Below, piece by piece: positions 37,413-48,362 of a DNA stretch of 64,000 bases (position 1 is its first letter; each line of letters starts with the position of its first letter). Position numbers and translations under genes: made by a program. The notes beneath the pieces were generated by a model, which ran no database searches, was not told the DNA's origin, and saw only the letters and a program-made list of their open reading frames with translations. The DNA is from Nemertoderma westbladi (lineage: Eukaryota; Animalia; Xenacoelomorpha): positions 1 through 64,000 of the forward strand of contig JAUCBJ010007883.1 in the NCBI GenBank assembly GCA_032718475.1, written 5' to 3'.

Positions 37413-38141
37413 ATGTTTGCATTCCCGCCCTCCGCTATCATTCTGCGTAATATCTGCCATGGCCATAGGCGTTTGGTATTAACGAGGAAACTGTACAGCA
37501 ACTCTAATGTCGAGGATATGAACGATAAAGCAAAGAACCAAACTGATGTAATACTTCCCGAAGCCACCAAGTTTTATTTCGATACATTTCAGCTAATTAA
37601 ATTATTAGAGAGAGGAGGCTTTACAAGGCATCAAGCGGAGATTCTCTGTTCCAATTTAGTGACTCTACATAGTCGCAGTCTGGATATGATCACCAAGGAC
37701 GTAGTTTCCAAAGCCGAGATGGAGATTAAGATGCAACTGATTTTGTCTGAGTTAGCGTCGTTAAGGAAAGATATGGCGCTGCTGGAGAAAAGCGAATTCC
37801 AGTCCTTGAAACACGATAACGATAAACTTAGTGCGGAAGTTCATCATCTTAGGAAGAATCTCGAAGAGGGAATGGTAAAGGTTAAAGGTGACGTCACTCT
37901 AGATGTAAACTTGGAGAGGCGAAGGTCGAGGGATGATTTTGCCTCTCTACAGAATTCATTGATTCAGTTGCGAGCGGACACTGATAACTCTATTGTTAAA
38001 CTTTCTAACACTATGACCACAGTTGGAGCTGAAACTGATACAAAGTTGGAAAGATCTAAAAGTGATTTATTGAAGTACGGATTTGCTACAGTAGCTTCTC
38101 TCGCTGCTGTTATATTGGCAATATTTAGACTTTTTCAATAA
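37413..38141 (+). CDS. MCUR1: MCUR1/CCDC90-like (DUF1640) mitochondrial coiled-coil protein, copy 1
   Basis: Presequence-like N-terminus, FYFDTFQLIKLLERGGFT, LRKDMALLEKSEF, coiled coil and a C-terminal TM ending FRLFQ. First ATG at 37413. Confidence 0.88.
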   Translation: MFAFPPSAIILRNICHGHRRLVLTRKLYSNSNVEDMNDKAKNQTDVILPEATKFYFDTFQLIKLLERGGFTRHQAEILCSNLVTLHSRSLDMITKDVVSKAEMEIKMQLILSELASLRKDMALLEKSEFQSLKHDNDKLSAEVHHLRKNLEEGMVKVKGDVTLDVNLERRRSRDDFASLQNSLIQLRADTDNSIVKLSNTMTTVGAETDTKLERSKSDLLKYGFATVASLAAVILAIFRLFQ

Positions 38142-38817
38142 GTATTCCTCTGCAATTTCTAATTTAAAATGTCGTTCCGACCATTACTTATTATTGGAAT
38201 TAATTAATAACTAATGTTTACTAAAACTAAACTACAAAAATTTAGGAATATGTATTAATATTGCATATTTTCTCCATCATTGTGTCTTCCTAATAACAGT
38301 TTTTCGCCATTATTAAAATGTAGGGCAAATATAATTTATCTTTGTATTGATATGGTTATTGGTATATTTTAATTATGATAAGGATAGTTAATTAATTTAT
38401 TAAAAATGTATTTCGATGTTAAGTAAATTGTAATCGTGTTTTTTTACCCGGCCTGCACCTGCGTGAACAAAGAACTATCAATTCATCTCACACTTCACTT
38501 GGTACAGTAAGTTATTTAGGGTAGTGATTTCATGGTAACCGCGGTTCTTGATAAACCTACATTTTCAATAATGCGTTGTTTATTAAGTAGCATGGCTATA
38601 ATCCGTATCGCGAAGGTATATTTCTATTATAGTTCTATTGCGATGTCAATTTATATAGTTTAAGACAGAATATTATAAGTTGTACAATCGAGAAGAACAT
38701 ATGATTCTTATTTGAAGCTTAAATCCGGAATCTTCCCAGATATAAACTCGTACTATTCTGTCTTACATTTACTTCACTATAACTTCCATTTCGATAGTTC
38801 CTTATATCGGAGATATT

Positions 38818-39543
38818 ATGGTCTTACTTTTTAATATGTTAACCCGCCGTGTCTGTATTTTGAATTCAAGTAGTTGGCGACCTGTTGTAAAGAGACAACT
38901 GTGCAGCAGTGGCATTATCAATAGCGGAGACGGAAATAATGATGTTGTTCCAGTTTCTAGGCAGTTGTATTTTGATACATATCAATTAATTAAACTCCTA
39001 GAATCTGGCGGATTCACGCCAGATCAATCCGAGAAAGTCTCTTCATTATTAGTGAACCTACACAACAGTAGTCTGGATAGGGTGGCCGAGAAAATAGTTT
39101 CCAAAGCCGAGATGGAGATTAAGATGCAACAGATTTTGTCTGAGTTGGCGTCGTTAAGAAAAGATATGGCGCTGCTGGAGAAAAGCGAATTCCAGTCCTT
39201 GAAACACGATAACGATAAACTTAGTGCGGAAGTTCATCATCTTAGGAAGAATCTCGAAGAGGGAATGGTAAAGGTTAAAGGTGACGTCACTCTAGATGTG
39301 AAGTTGGAGCGACGAAGATCGAGGGATGATGTCGAGGCTCTACAGAATTCATTGATTCAGTTGCGAGCGGACACTGATAACTCTATTGTTAAACTTTCTA
39401 ACACTATGACCACAGTTGGAGCTGAAACTGATACAAAGTTGGAAAGAACGAAAAGTGATTTATTAAGGTACGGTATTGTATTAGGTGTAGTTGTAGCAAT
39501 TGTTGGGTTTGTCTCTGTTAATCAATATATGTATGCCAAATAA
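38818..39543 (+). CDS. MCUR1: MCUR1/CCDC90-like protein, tandem copy 2
   Basis: LYFDTYQLIKLLESGGFT and LRKDMALLEKSEF. The core is near-identical to copy 1, while the termini differ. Confidence 0.85.
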   Translation: MVLLFNMLTRRVCILNSSSWRPVVKRQLCSSGIINSGDGNNDVVPVSRQLYFDTYQLIKLLESGGFTPDQSEKVSSLLVNLHNSSLDRVAEKIVSKAEMEIKMQQILSELASLRKDMALLEKSEFQSLKHDNDKLSAEVHHLRKNLEEGMVKVKGDVTLDVKLERRRSRDDVEALQNSLIQLRADTDNSIVKLSNTMTTVGAETDTKLERTKSDLLRYGIVLGVVVAIVGFVSVNQYMYAK

Positions 39544-39667
39544 TTTTATAATTAAATATTGTCTATAATAATTAATACGCGACCTTCCTTATGAGGAAAT
39601 ATTATGTTTGAAACTTGCATAGACCTATATTTTATATAGGTCTATGATTATTATTATATGGGGCAAA

Positions 39668-39870
39668 AGTGAAGTAAAGTTATCAGTGAACGTTAAACAC
39701 AAAACGCAACCTGAAGGATTATCTCTCTTGGCTGTTACCTGTAAGGCAAGGATGACGTCACATCATCTCTCAAGGGTGAACACTACCCTTTCTTTACTCC
39801 CCCTGAAAGTCAGGTTCCTATTGTACAGCTGGGGAGGCGACTTACATCTAAGATGCCTTGCTTACTAGAT
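39668..39870 (-). mobile_element. SINE body fragment related to 44535-44875
   Basis: Shares aagttatc.gtga, tctctcttggc.gttacctgtaagg, caggttc..attgt and gccttgctta blocks with the ABCB6-intron SINE. Confidence 0.6.
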
Positions 39871-40194
39871 AGACAACAGTGCGAAATTATACATTTTGCC
39901 AAACACAAAATGGTTAAGAAAAAGTTAAAGTTACGTACAGTTAAAAAGAGACAGGCGTGCCCAGCATCCCAGGATATCATATTTTGATATCCCGTCCGTG
40001 AAATTACCGCCAGCTGTACGTCAACAACAAAACCCTCAAACTTACTTAGGCCCCTGCTGCACTGTTAAGTCGTATGTCGTAAGTCAAAATTAATTAAGGA
40101 ACACATTGGTTTCAATGGGAGCGTCTCTACTGGTATGTCGTAAGTCATAAGTTCCAAGGTTCCACATTGGTGTAATTGTTACATTGAATTCACA

Positions 40195-40427
40195 TTACTC
40201 GTAGGTCGTGGGTTCGATCCCCGCATGGGCCACGGCAGTTTTTGTTTCGGCAGGAATACTTTTAAGGGACAAATCAGTGCGCCTCTCTGCCTTGCATCCT
40301 TAAGTGGTAGCTAAATGAGTACTGGAGTTTCCTCGGGGGAGTAAAGTTCTGGGGGGACCGCATTGGAAATAAGTCGTTAGACATGGGCGTAATCCCTGGC
40401 CTAACGACCGAAGAAACTTTACTTTAA
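40195..40427 (+). mobile_element. tRNA-derived SINE fragment
   Basis: B-box gtgggttcgatcccc, a SINE-like body, and an (acttt)n tail. Confidence 0.55.
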
Positions 40428-41051
40428 GTTACGACCCATAAGAGTCGAAGTGATTATGCCCCATGTTCCATATTTTGACATACAACTCATTAGTTATATC
40501 CGGCTAGAGTCCGGGTGATTTACTTTAGGGACAGTAGTAGGCCTAGCAAAATTTTCATCGAAGGTTTTTTAAATGACATGCGAATGTAATGAATTCTTAC
40601 ATTTTTCCTCGCCTTCTCTTAGCTGCGTGTATAATTTGCCGTTATACACCTGGTATTTCGCTTGGCATTTATAGGGTGAACCCAATAACGATTACTAATG
40701 ATAACTCTAAGTCTCCGCCCACTAATATTTAATATATAAATACATTGTAAGAACATTTAATTGTTTTATTAGAATGAGCAACGGGACAGGTCCACGCTAT
40801 ATGCATGGGGCGAGCCACACAGTGAGCAAAGCATTGGCGTAAGTGATTTATAAATAAATAAATAATTATAAAAGAACGAAAACGAAAGTAAGATAAGAAA
40901 ACAAACATTTACCGGCTGAGTTTAAAATGTATTATATTTAGCGACGTACAGTAAATTACCACTCAGGTGCACAAATTGATAGCACAATTAATAAATATAC
41001 GATTTAATTACTTCAATAAATTAACAACATAAATGTAATGCAATGCGGTAA

Positions 41052-41350
41052 AGGCCTATTTACACGTGGCAACTTTTAGAGCAACTTTCTCGGCAATCTG
41101 TAGAGCAACCCACCCAGGCTGTCGATCAAGTTGCTCCGTGTAAACACGTAAAAAAGTTGCCGTAAAAGTTGCTCAACTTTTACGGCAACTTGAAGGAATT
41201 TGCGTTGGCGAATTAAAGCGGGATAATCAAATTAAATTATAAAACTAGCTAGTAGATAAAATGACCCATTATTTTACAGTCAAACTAGCCAAGTTGCTCT
41301 AAAAGTTGCAGGCCAAGTTGCTGGTAAAGTTGCCACGTGTAAACAGGCCT
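41052..41350. mobile_element. PIF/Harbinger-like MITE (299 bp)
   Basis: TIR aggcctatttacacgtggcaactt / aagttgccacgtgtaaacaggcct; TAA TSD on both sides; internal gcaactt repeats. Confidence 0.85.
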
Positions 41351-41946
41351 TAAATAATTCTAAATAAGGTTGTGTTATTAGTAAGCATAGAACGATAAGG
41401 GTAAATAAATTTCTTACTCAATTAACATTTACGCAAAAACAACATAATACTCAATAATAGGGAGGTGAGGATGATAAAATAATTTTATTAACGACAAAAT
41501 GAAAGTAATCCAGAACATTAAAAGTCAAATAAACTTCACGTTAACTTACTATTTAAGTAGAACACTGACCTGTAACTTATTATAGCTTACCATATAATAC
41601 AAGGGGTGACTAGTACACTATCATTTGCATATTGTAAGATGATACTGGCCTTGGCCTAGGAAATATTTTTACAAAAATACGAAGAACACAGCCAAACGAA
41701 AATGTAACAAAACATGTTTAATTAAATAAACATAAATATACATGTGTGGGAGTTTGTGACACTGCAAAACTACTAAAAAAGAGTAAGAACTTAAGAGTTA
41801 AAGCTTTCAAGTAAATATAAAAGTAACTAACTGTACACCAAATAAAGCGCAAATCGACGCATCACTACCGTAAATAATCATATTTGTGCAAATAAATAAC
41901 CATCACAATTTTAAATATATCCTGAGTTCCGTTCACTAGAGAACCA

Positions 41947-43485
41947 ACTAATTGATCCCCAACCAATAGACTTCCAGCACTAATAGATACCCAACCAATA
42001 GACTTCCGGCACTAATTGATCCCCAACCAATAGACTTCCGGCACTAATTGATACCCAACCAATAGACTTCCAGCACTAATTGATCCCCAACCAATGGACT
42101 TCCAGCACTAATTGATCCCCAACCAATGGACTTCCAGCACTAATTGATCCCCAACCAATAGACTTCCAGCACTAATTGATCCCCAACCAATAGACTTCCG
42201 GCACTAATTGATACCCAACCAATAGACTTCCGGCACTAATTGATACCCAACCAATAGACTTCCAGCACTAATTGATACCCAAACAATGGACTTCCAGCAC
42301 TAATTGATACCCAACCAATAGACTTCCGGCACTAATTGATACCCAACCAATAGACTTCCAGCACTAATTGATACCAACCAATAGACTTCCGGCACTAATT
42401 GATCCCCAACCAATAGACTTCCAGCACTAATTGATACCAACCAATAGACTTCCGGCACTAATTGATCCCCAACCATTAGACTTCCAGCACTAATTGATAC
42501 CCAAACAATGGACTTCCAGCACTAATTGATCCCCAACCAATAGACTTCCGGCACTAATTGATACCCAACCAATAGACTTCCAGCACTAATTGATACCAAC
42601 CAATAGACTTCCGGCACTAATTGATCCCCAACCAATAGACTTCCAGCACTAATTGATCCCCAACCAATAGACTTCCGGCACTAATTGATACCCAACCAAT
42701 AGACTTCCGGCACTAATTGATCCCCAACCAATAGACTTCCAGCACTAATTGATACCCAAACAATAGACTTCCGGCACTAATTGATACCCAACCAATAGAC
42801 TTCCAGCACTAATTGATCCCCAACCAATAGACTTCCGGCACTAATTGATCCCCAACCAATAGACTTCCAGCACTAATTGATACCCAAACAATGGACTTCC
42901 AGCACTAATTGATACCCAACCAATAGACTTCCGGCACTAATTGATACCCAACCAATAGACTTCCAGCACTAATTGATCCCCAACCAATGGACTTCCAGCA
43001 CTAATTGATACCCAACCAATGGACTTCCGGCACTAATTGATCCCCAACCAATAGACTTCCAGCACTAATTGATCCCCAACCAATAGACTTCCAGCACTAA
43101 TTGATCCCCAACCAATAGACTTCCAGCACTAATTGATCCCCAACCAATGGACTTCCAGCACTAATTGATACCCAACCAATGGACTTCCGGCACTAATTGA
43201 TCCCCAACCAATAGACTTCCGGCACTAATTGATCCCCAACCAATGGACTTCCGGCACTAATTGATCCCCAACCAATGGACTTCCGGCACTAATTGATCCC
43301 CAACCAATAGACTTCCAGCTCCAATTGATCCCCAACCAATAGACTTCCAGCACTAATTGATACCCAACCAATAGACTTCCAGCACTAATTGATCCCCAAC
43401 CAATAGACTTCCAGCACTAATTGATCCCCAACCAATAGACTTCCGGCACTAATTGATCCCCAACCAATAGACTTCCAGCACTAAT
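41947..43485 (+). repeat. 32-bp minisatellite, ~48 copies, immediately 3' of the ABCB6 stop
   Basis: Unit actaattgatccccaaccaatagacttccagc. Confidence 0.97.
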
Positions 43486-43497
43486 AGAATCTCCGTC

Positions 43498-44385
43498 TTA
43501 CCTTATAAGTTTATCACTCCCGGAACTCTCGTCTAACAAGGCCCCCTCACCCCCGACATCCGACTGCTGTTGCCGCCACATATCGGCGTACACACCGTCG
43601 GCTCGCAGCAGCTCGGCGTGGCAACCCCGCTCCGTAATCTCCCCGTCCTGCAGCACGAGGATCTGATCCGCGGATTGGATCGTCGACAAGCGATGCGCCA
43701 CGATCAACGAGGTCCGATCGGCGCAGATCCGGTTGAGACTCGCCTGGATGTTCCGCTCGGTTTTGGTGTCGAGGGCCGAAGTCGCTTCGTCCAGTAGGAC
43801 AATCTGCGGCGCTTTCAGCAGCGTCCGCGCGATCGCTACGCGCTGCTTCTCGCCTCCGGACAGTTTCAACCCCCGCTCCCCGACCGCGGTTTCGTACCCG
43901 TCCGGGAATCCTTCGATCCGACTGTGGATATCCGCCGCCTTGGCGGCTTCCACAACTTCCTCCTCTGAGGAGGTCACCTTCCCGTAGCGGATGTTGGCTC
44001 GGATATCGTTATTGAAGAGGACGGTATCCTGGGGCACCACTCCGATGGACTGCCGCAGCGAGGTCTGCCGGACGCGCGAGATATCCTGCCCGTCGATCGT
44101 GATACTCCCGGAATTTACGTCGAAGAAGCGGAATATGAGGCGGATGATGGTGGACTTTCCGGAGCCGGAAGGCCCGACCACTGCGACCGATCGACCGGCC
44201 GGAACCACGAAGTTGATCCCTCGTAGGATCGATTTATCGGGTCGGTAGTTGAAACAAACATCGTTGAAACGGATCTCCCCCTGGCTGATTAACAGCTCAG
44301 GGGCGTCGGGAATGTCTGTGACCTCCTGGCTCTCCTTGAGGAGGGAGAACATATTCTCCATGTCAATAAATGCATTCTGGAGCAC
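43498..44385 (-). CDS. ABCB6: ABCB6/HMT-1 half ABC transporter exon 2 (NBD)
   Basis: CAG acceptor at 44386-88; [13 protein letters not shown], Walker [10 protein letters not shown], signature LSGGEKQR, Walker [11 protein letters not shown] and H-loop AHRLST. Confidence 0.93.
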   Translation of the reverse strand: MLQNAFIDMENMFSLLKESQEVTDIPDAPELLISQGEIRFNDVCFNYRPDKSILRGINFVVPAGRSVAVVGPSGSGKSTIIRLIFRFFDVNSGSITIDGQDISRVRQTSLRQSIGVVPQDTVLFNNDIRANIRYGKVTSSEEEVVEAAKAADIHSRIEGFPDGYETAVGERGLKLSGGEKQRVAIARTLLKAPQIVLLDEATSALDTKTERNIQASLNRICADRTSLIVAHRLSTIQSADQILVLQDGEITERGCHAELLRADGVYADMWRQQQSDVGGEGALLDESSGSDKLIR

Positions 44386-44534
44386 CTGTGGTGGATAAAA
44401 TGTAATGTTTGATAAATATACGATACCGTAACTATGGTAATAAATATGTGTATCGTTACTCCTTGTACAACGTTGCGGTGGTTGCTGCAACACAAATAGA
44501 ATACATTACATGCACAACGAAAAGTTATGGTAAA

Positions 44535-44875
44535 AAGAAAAGTTAAGTTATCGGTGACAGTGAAACACGAAATGCCGGAGGCCATCACCGACCACCAGCG
44601 CGATCCTCTCTCTTGGCAGTTACCTGTAAGGTAGGGAGGACGTCGCACTGAACCCAATGGCGAACACTCCATAACTACCCAATCCTTTCTTTACACTTAA
44701 AGCCGAAGCCAGGTTCGAATTGTTCTGCTGGGTTTGCGATAGCACTATTGTTTAAAGTGTCTTGCTTAGGGACTCAAAGTGCTAAATTTGTACAGCCTTT
44801 AGTTGGATTTGAACCTGCGTCGCTAAACAATATTGTGAAAGCAGATCAGCCGCAGTATCCACTCGGATCTTGCGC
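44535..44875 (-). mobile_element. tRNA-derived SINE in the ABCB6 intron
   Basis: Minus strand: A-box-like agatccgagtgg, B-box ggttcaaatcc, then cctaagcaagacactttaaac (SINE central-domain-like) and an aactt tail. Confidence 0.65.
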
Positions 44876-45805
44876 TCGCTGCAAATAAGTTTGTTAATTA
44901 TTCGTTTTCGATTCATAATAATTTTGGTATTTCTTCATTTATTTTTTATTCATTAAATTTAAAAGTTACAGAGGCAGGCTTATCTAACCAAAACAATAAA
45001 CGGCCACTTTACCAATTGAGGGAGAGGAGCAGGTTGCAGAGACGGGCTTTTATAACCAAAACAATAAACCATCATATCAGTAGTCACTCTATAACCAAAA
45101 AAATTAGGCAGTCAAGCAATAGGTACCGCCCCCTACTGCTACCGGTATGCAGCTGTAGAAACGGTTGAAACAACGGTCCCCAAAGTAACAAGACCCCATC
45201 AATCATATATAAATATAGGCAGGATTATAAATAAAGCGTTCCGTCATAGGAAAATTTATAATCGTAAACCACGGGAACTCGACATAATTAAGGCAAGATT
45301 TGTTAAACGCCTGCTAGGACCGACAAAAACTACCTCAGCTACAATGGTTCTCAGAGCCGTAAATGAAAAAACATTCTGTGAGGACATTATTGATAAAACA
45401 CCGAACGTCTTCAAACTCGAAATAATTGAAGACTACATATAAACCAGGGCTTCTTAAATGGACCGGCGTTTATAAATTCCTCTTGGAAAGGAGCTCTCCT
45501 ACAGATCCGCCATATCATAACTAGAACTACGGCCCATCGTTGGCACTCCAACTTATGCACAAACTCTGAACCATTCCACGATCGATCGGATCAGTGTTTA
45601 TGCGGGTTTTGCGGCGGCTCAGCCCATCACCTGCCCCACGTGCTAGACTGCCCCAATCAATCATTATCAAATTCTGTGAAATTTTAAAGTCTATTTCAAC
45701 GTGATATTTTTAAACTATGTTGTTTTAATTAAAATTTTATTTATTGCGATTAAACACTCATTTACGCAGATCATGGGGTGTATATATTAAAAATAAATAA
45801 ATAAC

Positions 45806-47500
45806 CTGGTAGATGGTGCCGAAAAAGTTGAGCGGAACGTAGAGTTGAATGATATAAGTAGAGAATAGGACGTAGTCTCCTGAACTCATTGTGCGGTCTA
45901 CAACGTAATGGGCACAGAGGAGAGCCCCACCGAGGAGACCGATGTTAACGATGATGCTCTGGGTCGTGTTTAGGATAACCAGGGAGTACTGACTCTTCCA
46001 TTCGCATTCCTGGTAGTTGAGAATCTGTTTGTTGTAGATATCGACTTCGTAATCCTCGGCGCCGTAGTATTTAACGGTCTCGAAATTAAGGAGGGAGTCG
46101 ATTGCTTTAGATTTAGTAGCGTTGTCTTTCTCGTTCATGGCACGGCGGAATTTAGTCCGCCATTCGGTTATAGTGATAGTGGCGACCAGATAGATAACCA
46201 TCACAGTGAGCACAATGAGTCCGAAGTAAATATTGAAGGCGACCATGAAGTAGACGACAGCGATGATGATGTCGGCGATGGTTGGGACGATGTTGAAGGT
46301 GAGATACTGGAGCACTGAGTTGATGGAGGTAGTCCCGCGGTCCATAACGCGGATTACCTCGCCAGTTTTACGACCGAGGTGCCATCTGAGGGAGAGGGCG
46401 TGGAGGTGGGAGAAGAGTCGAACCGAGATGGATCGGGAGGTATTCTGTTGGACCTTGATGAATAGGAGGGCGCGGGCGCTGTTGAGAAGACCTGCGGAGC
46501 CACTGCCCTGGAGCAAACGGAAGAGAACGTAATAAATGATGACGGCGAAAGGGATTAGTGTCGGGTAATTGTTGTCAGGGCCGATTGATAGTTGGTCGAC
46601 GATCTTCTTGTAGAAGATGGGGATGAAGACGTTGACAACCCGACCGGCAGCGAGGACGACATAGCAGAGGAACATGTAGAGCTGCAGACGGGGTTTACCT
46701 TGGGGCCACAAGTACGGGAAGAGGATGCCAATCTTACGGGAGAAATTTGCCCAGGTTGAGCCGGTCTCAGGCCTTCCGACTTCCAATAAGGATTGGGAAG
46801 CTTCTTCTGTGTCATCTTCGTCCCGCGGTCGCCATGCGAAGCCTGGGCCCTTGAGGCTGACCACGAACAGCACAAACAACACGACAAGCTTAGCTAACCA
46901 TAGGCCAAAGAAGGTAACATCGTTATCGGATGATAAGGGCCACCACCAATGGGGACTCAGCCATGAAATCAGCGGGCAAATCTCCAAAACTACGGCCAGA
47001 GCCCAGAATAAGTGAAGGAGGCAGCTGTGCCTAGGTTTACGGTAACTGTTGCGGCGGCGTTTAACGTCGTGGAAAATTAAAATGACGGAGAATATATAAG
47101 CGGTGGATTCAGTGATAGCATCGAAGACCACGTACATGGGGTGGTAGCCAGCCATCTCTATGAGAACAATCACCTTGGCGACAACCAATAGAAGGGAGAT
47201 TACAGTGAGAAGCAGCTGTAGGCGGTATAAAAAGGGATGTTGGGGGGCCCGAGAGGACCGCAACCTGGAGAGGTAGCTGGGGTCTCTGGGGCGGCCCCCA
47301 CATACAGCGGAGGAACAAACCCGGCAAACAACGTCCACGAGGACAATAGCCAATAAGATAGCTGGAAAGAAGGTGTAATAGAAACAAAGGGAGATCCCGC
47401 TGTCCAACCATACCGTGCTAATGTTAACGTTGGCAGGGCAATAGTGTTTGGCTGATATGTTAGTAGCATTGTGGATATCTTCTGAAAATATTTCTATCAT
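45806..47500 (-). CDS. ABCB6: ABCB6/HMT-1 exon 1 (TMD0 + TMD)
   Basis: N-terminal YCP...W...GISLCF TMD0, LFPYLWP, LSLRWHLGRKTGEV, DSLLNFETVKYY and QLYVPLNFFGT. Phase-0 GT at 45805-04 joins exon 2 for 860 aa in total. Confidence 0.93.
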
Positions 47501-47762
47501 ATTGAATTGCGGTGCATTATCCTGTTATCAAATTATTATTAATAATAGTCAATATCTGAATAGAGATATAACCGGATATATTCTATACCATATGTTCTAT
47601 AATATATATTATATCTGAAATATTAGTTGTCACACATTTTACTGTTAGTTCAAAAGGCCAACAGTCCAGCAGTCTACATAGTACCGGTACTGTATCCGTA
47701 ACCGTACATCATACACCCATATACTGACAAGACTGATACCTATATCAGTATATACTGATATA

Positions 47763-48085
47763 TTGGTAGTAACAATGTGTTGGCAAGCTGTATTTTTCGA
47801 GGTGTTTGTTATTATACATTTATTATAGGAAGGGATCTAGGGGTCTAGGAATCCGACACCACGCTGATGAGACCCAGTAAGGTCGAAACGCGTACGTGGA
47901 TTGGAGAGATATGAGATATTAATTTCAAGAAAAATTACGCGATTCTTAAATTTGTACACTACCCGGCTAAAAAGTACGCATGTGATGGGATTAGTCCTAC
48001 AATTGCGCCAATAAAAGATAAGTTATTTTCGGTAAAATAAACTTATCATTCGAGGTAAAGACCCCTAGATCCCTTCCTATAATAA
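47763..48085 (+). mobile_element. 323-bp insert with 13-bp TSD and internal inverted repeat, carrying a hammerhead (Penelope/retrozyme-like)
   Basis: ATATACTGATATA at 47750-62 and 48086-98. 29-bp inverted repeat atttattataggaagggatctaggggtct / agacccctagatcccttcctataataaat. Confidence 0.65.
47859..47899 (+). ncRNA. Type I hammerhead ribozyme (minimal, palindromic helix III)
   Basis: ccacg-CTGATGA-gacc cagtaa ggtc-GAAA-cgcg-TA^cgtgg. Helix I is ccacg/cgtgg, helix II is gacc/ggtc, the core is complete, and the GUA cleavage triplet ends at 47894. Confidence 0.88.
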
Positions 48086-48158
48086 ATATACTGATATAGG
48101 CCTACCGGGTAAGTGATCAGCCTATTGAATCATGACAAAATACCGGTTGCCGGTGCCA

Positions 48159-48362
48159 GTCCACGGTTCGCCCAACAATCCCGGATGGGTCCACGGTTCG
48201 CCCAACAATCCCGGATGGGTCCACGGTTCGCCCAACTATCCAGGAGGGGTCCACGGTTCGCCCAACAATCCAGGATGGGTCCACGGTTCGCCCAACAATC
48301 CCGGATGGGTCCATGGTTCGCCCAACAATCCCGGATGGGTCCACGGTACGCCCAACAATCCC
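48159..48362 (+). repeat. 30-bp tandem repeat (~7 copies) at the LINE 5' end
   Basis: Unit gtccacggttcgcccaacaatcccggatgg. Confidence 0.95.

Noticed and set aside
45120-45720. Possible degraded LINE C-terminus in the ABCB6 intron (ARFVKRLLG...)
   Set aside because: Only weak resemblance and multiple stops; cannot be supported without a search.
43570-47469. Antisense and alternative-frame ORFs over ABCB6 (similarly over CWC21 and LMAN2)
   Set aside because: Shadows of GC-rich coding sequence with no recognisable motifs.
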